Source: a virus
DNA length: 40,342 nt
Strand: one strand, 5' to 3'
IMG/VR virus record: IMGVR_UViG_3300028815_000121
Part shown: piece after piece, positions 9,554-18,669 of the stretch
How positions within the stretch are numbered: the stretch's first letter is position 1
Layout of the letters: every line of letters starts with the position of its first letter
Translations under genes and position numbers: made by a program
The notes under the pieces: generated by a model
Database searches by the model: none
Told to the model about the DNA's origin: nothing
Seen by the model: only the letters and a program-made list of their open reading frames with translations

Positions 9554-11565
9554 TGGATACATTAAAATGTGAAATAACTGGAAATGTTTGTGGGACTGAT
9601 ACCTGGATTGATGGGCATCCATGCAAGTGTAAAAACTGTCAAGCCTGGTTACAAATGACAAAACATAAGATTGATATTCTCGATAATTCCATTGATCATA
9701 TTAGAAAAAGACCTGGTATGTATATAAGTGATATTTCCGATGCTCAGACTATATTTAAAGAGCTTATCGATAATGCTGTAGATGAAGTTCTTAATAATTA
9801 TGGAAATAGGATAAACCTTGAGACTATAAAGCTTCCAAGTAAAAACTATGGATATTTAGTCCAAGATAATTGTGGGGGAATACCCACATACCCAGTCTAC
9901 AACTATAATAATCAGGTTGTTACTAAGTTACTTATAACCAAATCATTTTCAAGTGGAAAGTTTGATAATGAGAGATATAAATATAGTGCTGGTACTCATG
10001 GACTTGGTTTAACTATTGTAAATGCCCTATCCAGTAAACTTATTATATGTTCTCATGATAAGAATAATAAAAGAATATATCGTATTCAAACCAAGGAGGG
10101 TAAAGTTGTAGACGAGAGGTGGATTAATTATAAAGTAGATCCTAAAAGCAGTCCTGTCAATTTTACTCAATATAATCTTGGAAAAGGACTCGTGGGGGAT
10201 GGTGGATCAATAGACACAGTAGAAAATATTTCTTTAACACTTCCCGAAGTCCCTTGGTGGTCTACCTCCGCATATTCAGAACCAGATGAGACTATATTTG
10301 AAACAACTAAGGCAAAGATAGTCTCTAAAAATTCATTGGAGTTAATATCCTCTTTGTTAGGCACTAATGTAAGTCTCAATGGGAATCAGGTATCAAAATT
10401 TGATCCAAAGTCAGACCTGGAAAAAGAGGTTCTTACAGACCAGTATTACTTTGTGGATGAAACTGTTGGATCTGTAAAAGTGATGATAGCTTTCTCTTGG
10501 AGTAAAGGAGATTATGATGAAGTTATAAGGGGGGCAGTAAATACTACTCCATGTCATTTAGGACTTCATGTAAAAGAGGCCAGGTATGCTTTAGGTAAAG
10601 CTATAGAGAAAGTAGATGAGAGTATTACGGCTAATGATTGTAGATATGGTCTCAGGATGTTTGTAAGTGCTTTTGTTTCACAACCTATTTTTATTGGGCA
10701 AACTAAATATAAGTTATCAGAAGCAAAAGATTGGGACAAAAAAGAAGTTAGTGAATGTCTTATAAAGGCTTTTGATAAAATCTTAGAAGAGAATGAAGAG
10801 TTTAAGAGTGCCCTAATTAAAAGACTACTGGCCTGTAAAGAACAGTTTTCTCAATTGAGTGATATACAATATGTCAACTCGATTATTAAAAAGGGAAATG
10901 ATAAGAGGGTAAAATATGGTGTAGGATCTGAAGTATATGAGTGTACCTCCCCAAAAAGAGAAGAAACAGAACTCTTTATAGTAGAGGGGAAGGGTGCTGC
11001 TGGGAACCTTAACAAGAAAAGGAACAGAAAGATTCAGGCAATATTACCCCTCAGAGGAAAGTTGTTAAATGTTCTAAAGTTAGAGGGGGATGTTAGAACA
11101 ATCTTTGCTAATAATGAGATTGTGGCAATGGTAAAGACTATTGGTATTGGAGTAGCTCCTGATGAAGATCTTAGTCAGTGTAGGTATGGTAAAATTTTCA
11201 TTTGTACTGATGCAGATAGTGATGGAGCACAGATAGAAGCATTAGTATTGGGGGCTTTTACTTATTTAACTCCTATTTTATTTTCTGTGGGTAAGATCTA
11301 TATTGTAGAAACTCCTTTGTATAAACAGGGTGGAAAGTTTATATGGGACGAAAAGGATCTCATAAAAGGTAAGAAGTGTGATAGATATAAAGGTCTCGGT
11401 TCTATGGATGCAGATGAATTATATGAAGCTGTGTTAGATCCAAAGACAAGACGGATCAAACAAGTTACTCTGGATGATAAGGCGTATGTCATAGATATTA
11501 TGAGTAAGTCACGAGAAAAGAGAGATATAATGATAAAGAATAAAATTATAGTGGAGGATTTATAA
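9553..11565 (+). CDS. type II DNA topoisomerase, GyrB-like ATPase+TOPRIM subunit (T4 gp39/gp60-like, fused)
   Basis: KRPGMYI, ELIDNAVDE (GHKL ATPase), TOPRIM LFIVEGKGAAGN, PLRGKLLNV, DADSDGAQIEAL. Has a 40-aa Cys-rich N-terminal extension; ATGA overlap with upstream gene. Confidence 0.85.
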   Translation: MDTLKCEITGNVCGTDTWIDGHPCKCKNCQAWLQMTKHKIDILDNSIDHIRKRPGMYISDISDAQTIFKELIDNAVDEVLNNYGNRINLETIKLPSKNYGYLVQDNCGGIPTYPVYNYNNQVVTKLLITKSFSSGKFDNERYKYSAGTHGLGLTIVNALSSKLIICSHDKNNKRIYRIQTKEGKVVDERWINYKVDPKSSPVNFTQYNLGKGLVGDGGSIDTVENISLTLPEVPWWSTSAYSEPDETIFETTKAKIVSKNSLELISSLLGTNVSLNGNQVSKFDPKSDLEKEVLTDQYYFVDETVGSVKVMIAFSWSKGDYDEVIRGAVNTTPCHLGLHVKEARYALGKAIEKVDESITANDCRYGLRMFVSAFVSQPIFIGQTKYKLSEAKDWDKKEVSECLIKAFDKILEENEEFKSALIKRLLACKEQFSQLSDIQYVNSIIKKGNDKRVKYGVGSEVYECTSPKREETELFIVEGKGAAGNLNKKRNRKIQAILPLRGKLLNVLKLEGDVRTIFANNEIVAMVKTIGIGVAPDEDLSQCRYGKIFICTDADSDGAQIEALVLGAFTYLTPILFSVGKIYIVETPLYKQGGKFIWDEKDLIKGKKCDRYKGLGSMDADELYEAVLDPKTRRIKQVTLDDKAYVIDIMSKSREKRDIMIKNKIIVEDL

Positions 11566-11933
11566 TGTTAATACAAAAAGACTCAGAACAAAAGGGGCCT
11601 AAAAAAGAAATGAGTGTATTAAAAGAGATGGATACATTCTTTGAATTACATAGTAATCTTCAAAATACTGCAAATGATGTTTTAATTACTGATAAAGATG
11701 TTAAAGAAGTAGCAAGTATATTGGAAACATATGAAGAAGAATTAGGAAAATCAACAGTATTTATGTCTTCAGATACAGTTAAGAAACTTAAAAGGATATT
11801 GGCTAATTATATTGCTTTGGGTAGCCCTTGTGAAATATATTTAGCTCTTGATGTAGGATTTCAATTTTTAAGAAATCTTAAAAAGTATGGCCCAATTGGT
11901 CAACGCATTATTGATGAGATAAATCTAAAATGA
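11565..11933 (+). CDS. hypothetical protein
   Basis: ATGA-type coupling to upstream gene; no motif. Confidence 0.45.
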   Translation: MLIQKDSEQKGPKKEMSVLKEMDTFFELHSNLQNTANDVLITDKDVKEVASILETYEEELGKSTVFMSSDTVKKLKRILANYIALGSPCEIYLALDVGFQFLRNLKKYGPIGQRIIDEINLK

Positions 11934-12166
11934 GCGATGATTGGGTAAAAGAGGCTAAAAGAATTCATGAAGAATTATTTAGTATTGCTGAATCAATCTT
12001 TGGAAAATGTAGAAACTTTACCAAAGAGGAACAGGCTAAAATTGAAGAACACAAGAGTAAGTGTTTTAAGAATAAGGCTAAAACAATAGAGAGGAAACGA
12101 ATAATTCCTCTTAAGTTAGATGAGAAACATATGCTGGCCTTATGGTTTACGTGTCAGAATAATTAG
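11930..12166 (+). CDS. hypothetical protein
   Basis: Stop/start overlap, basic C-terminus. Confidence 0.45.
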   Translation: MSDDWVKEAKRIHEELFSIAESIFGKCRNFTKEEQAKIEEHKSKCFKNKAKTIERKRIIPLKLDEKHMLALWFTCQNN

Positions 12167-12183
12167 AGAGGTTATAGAGAAAT

Positions 12184-12558
12184 ATGACGTTAGATGATTT
12201 TAAAGAATTAACTATCAGTTTTATAGAGGAAAACTGCTATAATTTAATGTTCGGAGAAAAAAATAAAGAGTATGCCAGGGGACAAGATAAACTCCATAAT
12301 TTTAAGAAAGCTGGTAGACGAAGAGGAAAATCCCCAGAGGAAGCTCTTGCTGGAATGTTGGAAAAACATTTGACTTCTATTGATGATATGGTTCAAGATC
12401 TTGAAAAAGAATTTCAGAATGGTAATGATCCAGAGATTAATCTTGATAAATGGAAAGAGAAGTTAAGAGATGCTATCAATTATCACCTTCTTACCTGGGC
12501 TTTACTTAATGAAAGAGAATGGAATAGAGTAAAAAGAGATATGGGGGTAGATGATTGA
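12184..12558 (+). CDS. hypothetical protein (all-alpha, possibly MazG-like)
   Basis: AGAGGTTATAGAGAAATATG SD-start. Weak EE..E acidic pattern only; function not supported. Confidence 0.45.
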   Translation: MTLDDFKELTISFIEENCYNLMFGEKNKEYARGQDKLHNFKKAGRRRGKSPEEALAGMLEKHLTSIDDMVQDLEKEFQNGNDPEINLDKWKEKLRDAINYHLLTWALLNEREWNRVKRDMGVDD

Positions 12559-13058
12559 GACAGCTTAATTTTGTAGACTTTACTCTTTGTATGATACTTA
12601 ATGAAGATGATAGTCAAATATTGTTAGGTAAAAAAGAGAGAGGAGTCGGAAAAGGATATTGGAATGGTTTTGGAGGTCATATTGAGGATGGAGAAACCCT
12701 CACAGAAGCAGCTATAAGAGAGGTGTGGGAAGAAACTTCTTTAATAGTATGTGTTAATTATCTCGATTTTATAGGTGTAAACTATTTTGTATTTCCAGAA
12801 AGTGAATCTATATTTAGAGTTTATAATTTTAAATATAATCAAAAACAACCCCTTCTTGATTTTCTCCCTCATTGTGAAGATGGGGAATTCTTGGAATTTA
12901 AATGGTTTGGAGTAAATGATATTCCTTATGATAGAATGTGGCAGGATGATAAATACTGGTTTCCTTATATGCTAAAAAAAGAATCTTTTGAGGGGTTTTA
13001 CTTCTTTGATAGTTCCAATAATATGCAGTCATATTATATCAGATCGGGTATAGTGTAA
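12555..13058 (+). CDS. Nudix hydrolase
   Basis: Nudix box GHIEDGETLTEAAIREVWEETSL (GX5EX7REUXEEXGU). TTG start 7 nt after GGGGG. Confidence 0.7.
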   Translation: MRQLNFVDFTLCMILNEDDSQILLGKKERGVGKGYWNGFGGHIEDGETLTEAAIREVWEETSLIVCVNYLDFIGVNYFVFPESESIFRVYNFKYNQKQPLLDFLPHCEDGEFLEFKWFGVNDIPYDRMWQDDKYWFPYMLKKESFEGFYFFDSSNNMQSYYIRSGIV

Positions 13059-13097
13059 GAGATTTTAGTGAAAAAACTATTTAAAAAGTTAATAAAC

Positions 13098-13140
13098 TGA
13101 AATTATCTTTTCGACTATACCCGAACAGGTATAGCTAAGG
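13098..13140 (+). promoter_or_regulatory. degenerate copy of the TGAAG-N14-TRCCGATA...AAGGAG element, containing a 7-bp perfect hairpin (CTATACC-cgaaca-GGTATAG, 13115-13134)
   Basis: TGAAA-N14-TATACCCGAAcaggTATAGCTAAGGAGAG immediately upstream of ATG 13149. Confidence 0.35.
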
Positions 13141-13148
13141 AGAGAAAT

Positions 13149-14003
13149 ATGGTTAGAAAAAGAACTGGTTTGATTAGATTCACGGAACCTCCAAAGGAAC
13201 CTGAGAAGAAAAAAGAAGAAGAAAATAAAAAATCTGTAAAGGCTAAGAAATCTATCAAACCAAAAAGTAAAAAGACTTCTGTTAAGGAGAAAAAGAAGGA
13301 AGAAGAAGTTTATGAGGTGAAATTACCTATCAAGGAACCAATAGAACTACCTAAAATAGATTTTACTAATGTTCCCTGTGTAGAACCTAAAATGCCCACA
13401 GTAACTAAAAAGAATGGATTTTGTTTAGGTAATGGTAATTCCAGGATAGGATTAAATCTTAAAGAGCTTAAATATTTTGGTAAATTATATGCTTGTAATG
13501 CATATTACAGGGAACCCTTTAGTCCAGAACCAGACCTTTTAATCTCAGTAAATAAATCTATGATAGAAGAAGTAAAGGAAAATTACACTGGTAGATTCGC
13601 CTATTTGACCCATAGAGCTACCAGTTGTGAAAAACGAATAGTCATAGATGGAAAACATTATAAGGACTGTCCTGGGTGGGCCTCTGGGCCTATTAGTGCT
13701 ATGCTGATGTGTGACTTAGAAGACCCTGACAGAGTTTTTCTTATAGGACATGATTTATATAGCAAAACTGGGAAAGTTAATAATATTTATGCTGGGACTA
13801 AAAATTATGTAGATCAAAACCATGTACCTATACCACATAAAAATTGGGTTCACCAGTTGAGTGAAGTTTTTGAATATAACCCAGAGGTGAAATTTTATAG
13901 AGTAGTAAAAGAACTTGATGAAGTAGAAGAATGGAATAATATTAGGAATATTAAAATTATCACATTTGAAGAAATGTGGAAATTATTAAGAGAGGAAATA
14001 TAG
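13149..14003 (+). CDS. Cst-II/GT42 (DUF115)-like glycosyltransferase-fold protein with Lys-rich N-terminal tail
   Basis: Residues 1-57 are a KKKEEENKKSVKAKKSIKPKSKK tail. Then CLGNGNSR...YACNAYYRE...DLLISVN...FLIGHDLY, resembling Cst-II AGNGPSL...FRCNQFYFE...SGIDFY. Confidence 0.5.
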   Translation: MVRKRTGLIRFTEPPKEPEKKKEEENKKSVKAKKSIKPKSKKTSVKEKKKEEEVYEVKLPIKEPIELPKIDFTNVPCVEPKMPTVTKKNGFCLGNGNSRIGLNLKELKYFGKLYACNAYYREPFSPEPDLLISVNKSMIEEVKENYTGRFAYLTHRATSCEKRIVIDGKHYKDCPGWASGPISAMLMCDLEDPDRVFLIGHDLYSKTGKVNNIYAGTKNYVDQNHVPIPHKNWVHQLSEVFEYNPEVKFYRVVKELDEVEEWNNIRNIKIITFEEMWKLLREEI

Positions 14004-14305
14004 TGGATACTTGGGGAAAGTCTTATAGAATAAATAAAGAAGATAGTGTGTTTATTTGTTATTTTAATCTGGATTATGCTTTATATAGTAATGAATTTAT
14101 TCACTTGACATTTGGGGGGAATACTTTAGATATTTTTCCAGTGAATAATTTTATTCCTGGTTATATAGAATATGCTGAAAATAACATACATGCTATGTGT
14201 GCATATGTAGGAAAAGATCTTTTTGATATTATTATGGAAGATGTCAGAGTATGGATGAAACTCTGTGAAAACGAAGTAAGAGAACGTTTAGCTGGTGTAT
14301 TGTAA
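14003..14305 (+). CDS. hypothetical protein
   Basis: GTG 14003 sharing G with upstream TAG stop (TAGTG), GAGAGGAAA SD 6 nt upstream. Track ATG 13976 lies inside the upstream gene. Confidence 0.4.
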   Translation: MDTWGKSYRINKEDSVFICYFNLDYALYSNEFIHLTFGGNTLDIFPVNNFIPGYIEYAENNIHAMCAYVGKDLFDIIMEDVRVWMKLCENEVRERLAGVL

Positions 14306-15114
14306 TGTGGATTGTCCAGGATAATTTAATAAGTGAAAGTCAGTACAAGCAATTTATAGAAGCATTACAAAATCTTGGAATTAAATATAAGCCTATTCAA
14401 ATAATTCCTTTTTCTGATTTTTTACCTGAGGTTAAAGTAGATGATTCAATAGTTATTCCTTATGGATCTACTACTTTTATAAGATTAGCATATGAAGACG
14501 GTTGGAAAGGGGTATTTTTTGACCATACTACTTTTAAAAGTAGTGTGTGGATAAAAGAACGAAGGGATATGTTAAATCAAGATGCTAAGATTTTATCTAT
14601 TAAGGATACTTGTGAATTTTTAAGGAAGGAAGACCCAGAAGAGATGTGGTTTGTTAGGCCAGATGATGATTTTAAATATTTCCCAGGATCGGTTGTAAGC
14701 AGTAGGGAATTTATAGATTGGGTAGATCCTAAAATGGATGAAAGATGTATAATACCTTTTGAGATAGATGTTGAAAAAATTATATCTATTGCTCCTGCTA
14801 AAAATATTCAATATGAGTGGAGATATTTTATAGTTGGTGGTAAAATTGTAGATGGAAGTGTTTATAGGATAGGTGGTCAACTTCATCAAGTTCATGAGGA
14901 TGATAAAGAAGTAAATAAGAGAGCACAAGAATTAGCTGATATATGGCTACCTCATGAAAATGTAGTAATGGATTTAGCATTAGTAAATGATGAACTTAAA
15001 GTAACAGAATTCAATTGCCTAAATGCAAGTGGATATTATAAAAATGATATAGCAAAAATAATAAAGGCTGTTGATGATTATATGAGGAATAAATATGGAA
15101 TGGAAAATAATTGA
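14305..15114 (+). CDS. ATP-grasp family ligase
   Basis: EWRYFIVGGKIVDGSVYR (RimK-like EYRVFVIGGKVV) and C-terminal MDLALVNDELKVTEFNCLNASG (ATP-grasp E-x-N Mg site); ATGTGG overlap with upstream stop. Confidence 0.6.
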   Translation: MWIVQDNLISESQYKQFIEALQNLGIKYKPIQIIPFSDFLPEVKVDDSIVIPYGSTTFIRLAYEDGWKGVFFDHTTFKSSVWIKERRDMLNQDAKILSIKDTCEFLRKEDPEEMWFVRPDDDFKYFPGSVVSSREFIDWVDPKMDERCIIPFEIDVEKIISIAPAKNIQYEWRYFIVGGKIVDGSVYRIGGQLHQVHEDDKEVNKRAQELADIWLPHENVVMDLALVNDELKVTEFNCLNASGYYKNDIAKIIKAVDDYMRNKYGMENN

Positions 15115-15397
15115 AGGTTATTCAAAATGTAATGAGGGGGATGTTTGTATCAATGAGGAAGCTACTTGTGAACATTGTGGAAAATTAGCACCTTTTACCC
15201 CAATTTTTTGTAATGGTTGTACATATTACTGTTATTGGTGTACAATCACTGAAGAAACTATACCTGATGAATTGTGGGAAGAGATTCAGACAATAAGTCT
15301 TGGAAAACAATTGGCATATTATAAAAATAAAGTTACAGAAACAGAGGAAAAACTGAAGTGTATGTTAATGAAACAGATGAAGAAATTGAAAGATTAA
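15095..15397 (+). CDS. hypothetical Cys-rich (zinc-finger-like) protein
   Basis: C..C..C..C clusters: CNEGDVCINEEATCEHCG ... CNGCTYYCYWC. Confidence 0.45.
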   Translation: MEWKIIEGYSKCNEGDVCINEEATCEHCGKLAPFTPIFCNGCTYYCYWCTITEETIPDELWEEIQTISLGKQLAYYKNKVTETEEKLKCMLMKQMKKLKD

Positions 15398-15522
15398 ATG
15401 GTTTATGTGATGACCCAGATCCTAAAATTGCATTATTAGCTATGTATATTGTAAAGATAATTAATGCTTGTGATCGGGAAGAAGAATATAAATGTGAGAT
15501 GGGAGAAAGAGGATAATTACTA

Positions 15523-15771
15523 ATGGAAAGTAGACATTTTTACTATAGTAAACTCTATAGTTATTATTTAAATCTTTATAGAGATAACATTATTAAAGGG
15601 AAAGAAGATGAAATAGAAGCTCGTCTTAATGAAATGGAAAAAGCGGATACTTATCAATTAAGGGAATTATATATACAGATGCTTCATTCTAAAGAAAATG
15701 GTAGACCCTTTGATATGGAACGTGATGGTGTTTCATTAGATGAATTTTTAGAGGAAGATTATGATTATTAA
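15523..15771 (+). CDS. hypothetical acidic protein
   Basis: GAGAAAGAGGATAATTACTAATG SD-start. Confidence 0.45.
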   Translation: MESRHFYYSKLYSYYLNLYRDNIIKGKEDEIEARLNEMEKADTYQLRELYIQMLHSKENGRPFDMERDGVSLDEFLEEDYDY

Positions 15772-16486
15772 AGAAGCAAATTATGTTGAGACTTTTACAA
15801 TCGGGGATGCATGGAGAGATGTAATGTGGTTGTGTGTCCTAAAGGGGTATGACTTTGTTGTAAAAGGTGGATCTTACGTTGGTCAAATTAGAAAACAGTT
15901 GCCAAATGTTCATATTAAAATTAAGACACCCTGGGTTAGACCCCTGGCTCCATATACTCCCCCACCTTACCCTCCTCCAACAAGTGATAATAAGATAGAG
16001 AAATATTTCTTAGAATATATTATAAATGATGAGATACATGGAAAAGAAGATTACACGTATGGATCTTTTATTCGACCCCAATTATTAAAGGTAATTGATT
16101 TACTTATAGCATCAAAGGGTAATACAAATCAAGCTTGTATATCTGTAGGAAATAGGGGATCTATATTTTTAAAAGATCCTCCATGCCTTAGAACAATTAC
16201 ATTTAAAGTAGTTGAAGGTCAATTAAATATGTCAGTTTTCTTCAGATCATGGGATCTCTATGCTGGTCTCCCAGAAAATTTAGGTGGTCTTCAGATGTTA
16301 AAAGAATATATACTTTCACATATTGAAGATGATCTTGATGTGACAGATGGAGCTTTAATTGCTTATTCAGATGGATTACATATTTATGATCAATATTTTG
16401 ACTTGGCAAATGCCTTAAATGTTGATAAAATAGAGGTAAGTCCAGGGGTTTTAAAAGATAAAGAGGAATTTAATAAAACATTATAG
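15761..16486 (+). CDS. thymidylate synthase-fold enzyme (ThyA / dUMP-hydroxymethylase-like), divergent
   Basis: PPCLRTITFKVVEGQLNMSVFFRSWDLYAGLPENLGGLQML aligns with ThyA [41 protein letters not shown] (nucleophile Cys, RS.D phosphate site, Asn at base-specificity position). Also YGSF.RPQ and GD..HIY; Pro-rich insert APYTPPPYPPPTSD. Confidence 0.75.
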   Translation: MIIKEANYVETFTIGDAWRDVMWLCVLKGYDFVVKGGSYVGQIRKQLPNVHIKIKTPWVRPLAPYTPPPYPPPTSDNKIEKYFLEYIINDEIHGKEDYTYGSFIRPQLLKVIDLLIASKGNTNQACISVGNRGSIFLKDPPCLRTITFKVVEGQLNMSVFFRSWDLYAGLPENLGGLQMLKEYILSHIEDDLDVTDGALIAYSDGLHIYDQYFDLANALNVDKIEVSPGVLKDKEEFNKTL

Positions 16487-16496
16487 GAGAAATAAA

Positions 16497-16772
16497 ATGG
16501 AACATGAGTTAGCTCTTGATTTAGGTATAGATTTAAATGAAGTTAGATTAATACAAGTATTTCGTAATGGTCTATTAATGGTTGAAAGTGCAGGATCAGA
16601 AGATGCAGATTATTTTATAGAAGGATCTATTATTTTCTTTAGAGGCTATATGAGTGCAGGGGAATATGTTACAATTATGCTATTCAATAAAGATGGAAGT
16701 ATTAGGAAAAGAGTATATAAAACGGAAGAAAGAATTGTCCCTGTAAATTTTGAGGATATAAAATATTTATGA
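16497..16772 (+). CDS. hypothetical protein
   Basis: TAGGAGAAATAAAATG SD-start. Confidence 0.45.
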   Translation: MEHELALDLGIDLNEVRLIQVFRNGLLMVESAGSEDADYFIEGSIIFFRGYMSAGEYVTIMLFNKDGSIRKRVYKTEERIVPVNFEDIKYL

Positions 16773-17008
16773 GACGGGTATTAAGAATAAAACACTTTTT
16801 AGGATCTACGATAGAGGATATAGATAATCAGGTAGGCAGATTTCTTAGTCATGAGAATATCTGTATAGGTAACTATAAGGAATATCAATTACACAGTAAT
16901 GGATCTGTCTATCAGGCAGTCTTAGTCTATGCAGAAGTAGTTAATACCAATAGTAATTGGGTAGACCAAATAAGCAGTCAAATGTCAGAAAGGGTGATAA
17001 AAAAATGA
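16769..17008 (+). CDS. hypothetical protein
   Basis: ATGA coupling. Confidence 0.4.
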   Translation: MRRVLRIKHFLGSTIEDIDNQVGRFLSHENICIGNYKEYQLHSNGSVYQAVLVYAEVVNTNSNWVDQISSQMSERVIKK

Positions 17009-17499
17009 ACTATAAAATATTGGGTATAACATTGTTAATAATTTTGATGTCAGTTTTTATTCTTGGAACTGGATACTGTAATGCCCCAGTAATTACTCCT
17101 CCACCTGAACCATATGTAAAATTTGAGTTACAAGATTGTAAAAAGTTTATGGAGAAGGAGCTTGAAAAACGTAAAGGAATTGCAGATAGATATTATAACA
17201 CTTTAAAAATTCCTAACTATGAGAGAGCCTTATCTTATCTCATGGGTATTACGGATGCAGAAAAAGAACAATTTATGAATGGATTTATTAAAAAACTATA
17301 TGGTAATCCTGTTATAAATTATGCCTTAGCAAGACATTCTTTTTTGATTGTTGAAAATGGAGATCTGGTTTTATCTCTTGTATATAGTGTCCAGTATGGA
17401 GATATCTTGGTAACTCAAGAAACACTTACATTTGATCTTAGTAAAGAGATAGGTATTCATGGTATATATGTTAAGGCACGACCATTACACCAATATTGA
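17005..17499 (+). CDS. secreted or membrane-anchored protein (N-terminal signal/TM)
   Basis: Start moved to ATG 17005 (MNYKILGITLLIILMSVFILGTGYC...), overlapping upstream TGA; hydrophobic N-terminus followed by Cys. Confidence 0.45.
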   Translation: MNYKILGITLLIILMSVFILGTGYCNAPVITPPPEPYVKFELQDCKKFMEKELEKRKGIADRYYNTLKIPNYERALSYLMGITDAEKEQFMNGFIKKLYGNPVINYALARHSFLIVENGDLVLSLVYSVQYGDILVTQETLTFDLSKEIGIHGIYVKARPLHQY

Positions 17500-17513
17500 A
17501 AGGATAGAGAATT

Positions 17514-17762
17514 ATGAAGAAAAGCAACATTAGGTATAAAATTTTTGAGGATCATAGACAACCTATGGCACCTGTGGAAGAGGGAATTCTCAACCAATAC
17601 AAACTTAGGTCAAGTAAGGGGAGTGGAACCAAAGGTAAGCCTGGGATTTGGAAATCTATAGTTGGAGATCTTACATATTATATTGTGTGTAATCATAGGT
17701 CTTTTAGACATGCTATGGATATTCACCAAGTACCTAAATTAGTCAAGAGGATCAATATATGA
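17514..17762 (+). CDS. hypothetical protein
   Basis: GGATAGAGAATTATG SD-start. Confidence 0.4.
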   Translation: MKKSNIRYKIFEDHRQPMAPVEEGILNQYKLRSSKGSGTKGKPGIWKSIVGDLTYYIVCNHRSFRHAMDIHQVPKLVKRINI

Positions 17763-18010
17763 TAGAAGATAGAGGAAAAACCATTGTTCATACTTGTCAA
17801 GAATATAAAGATTTACATGGAGATTATAGAATAAGATTTGGAAGATATCCATATTATGATTATGGCCCAGCGATAGATGGTGAATGTTATTATCTAAAAG
17901 AGGATGGAGTTTGGCTTATAGGTAATGGGGAATATTCCAGTATTATAAATTATTGTCCCTATTGTGGGGTTGATCTTTATGATCTATTACGTGAGGTAAA
18001 TAATGATTAA
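17759..18010 (+). CDS. hypothetical zinc-ribbon protein
   Basis: C/H-C...C..C (HTCQEY...CYYL...CPYCG). Confidence 0.45.
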   Translation: MIEDRGKTIVHTCQEYKDLHGDYRIRFGRYPYYDYGPAIDGECYYLKEDGVWLIGNGEYSSIINYCPYCGVDLYDLLREVNND

Positions 18011-18626
18011 AGAAATAACAAATGATTTAGAGATTATACCGGAATATGAATTAACAAAAGAGACTGTGAAGATTATGATATGTGATGATGTAAAACGTCC
18101 TGGGGTGGATAGTCTCATGAACTGGTTAGAAAATGAGAGTGATTATTTTGTATGTCCAGCTTCTTCCAGAGGTAGACATGGATCTCGATTCGGAGGATTA
18201 ATGCTTCACGGTCTGTCAGTATTTAAAAATTTGTATGATCTTAACAGACGAAAAGAATTAGGTTTAAGAAGAAGCAGTATGGTTGTTATGGGATTATTCC
18301 ATGACATCTGTAAAGCTAATTCTTATCAGTGGGAAGATAAATGGGTAAAAGTTGATGGAGAGTGGAAACTTCAGAAGAAAGTTGTATACAGTGGAGATTT
18401 TCCTTGTGGTCATGGGGAGAAATCAGTTATAATCCTTCAGAAGTTTATTCCACTTACAGATCCAGAGATTATGGCTATTAGATGGCATATGGGGTGGTTA
18501 GACCAAGGAGTTCATGGATATCCAGGACAACACAATTATAATGCTGCTAAAAAACAGTATATTGAAATTGGTGCTCTTATGATAGCTGATATTGAAGCTG
18601 CTGCTATAGATGAGTTTGATAACTGA
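18003..18626 (+). CDS. HD-domain phosphohydrolase
   Basis: H...HD...D pattern: LMLHGLSVF, GLFHDICKA, IRWHMGW, ALMIADIEAAAIDE. Confidence 0.65.
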   Translation: MIKEITNDLEIIPEYELTKETVKIMICDDVKRPGVDSLMNWLENESDYFVCPASSRGRHGSRFGGLMLHGLSVFKNLYDLNRRKELGLRRSSMVVMGLFHDICKANSYQWEDKWVKVDGEWKLQKKVVYSGDFPCGHGEKSVIILQKFIPLTDPEIMAIRWHMGWLDQGVHGYPGQHNYNAAKKQYIEIGALMIADIEAAAIDEFDN

Positions 18627-18664
18627 AGATTTTTTTACTATATGCCGATATAATAAATAGGGGG
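18624..18664 (+). promoter_or_regulatory. bipartite conserved upstream element, copy 1
   Basis: TGAAG-N14-TGCCGATATAATAAATAGGGGG, ending 5 nt before GTG 18670. Confidence 0.55.
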
Positions 18665-18669
18665 TTAGA

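Noticed and set aside
15331-15400. Programmed -1 ribosomal frameshift joining 15095-15397 to the downstream frame
   Set aside because: There is no X XXY YYZ slippery heptamer and no obvious downstream structure, so I kept it only as a low-interest overlapping-ORF note.
18624-18664. Reading the conserved upstream element as an ordinary sigma70 -35/-10 promoter
   Set aside because: TGAAG to the embedded TATAAT is 20 nt (not 16-18). TGAAG is a poor -35, and the -10-like part sits about 8 nt from the SD. I report it as a phage-specific promoter or RNA operator instead.
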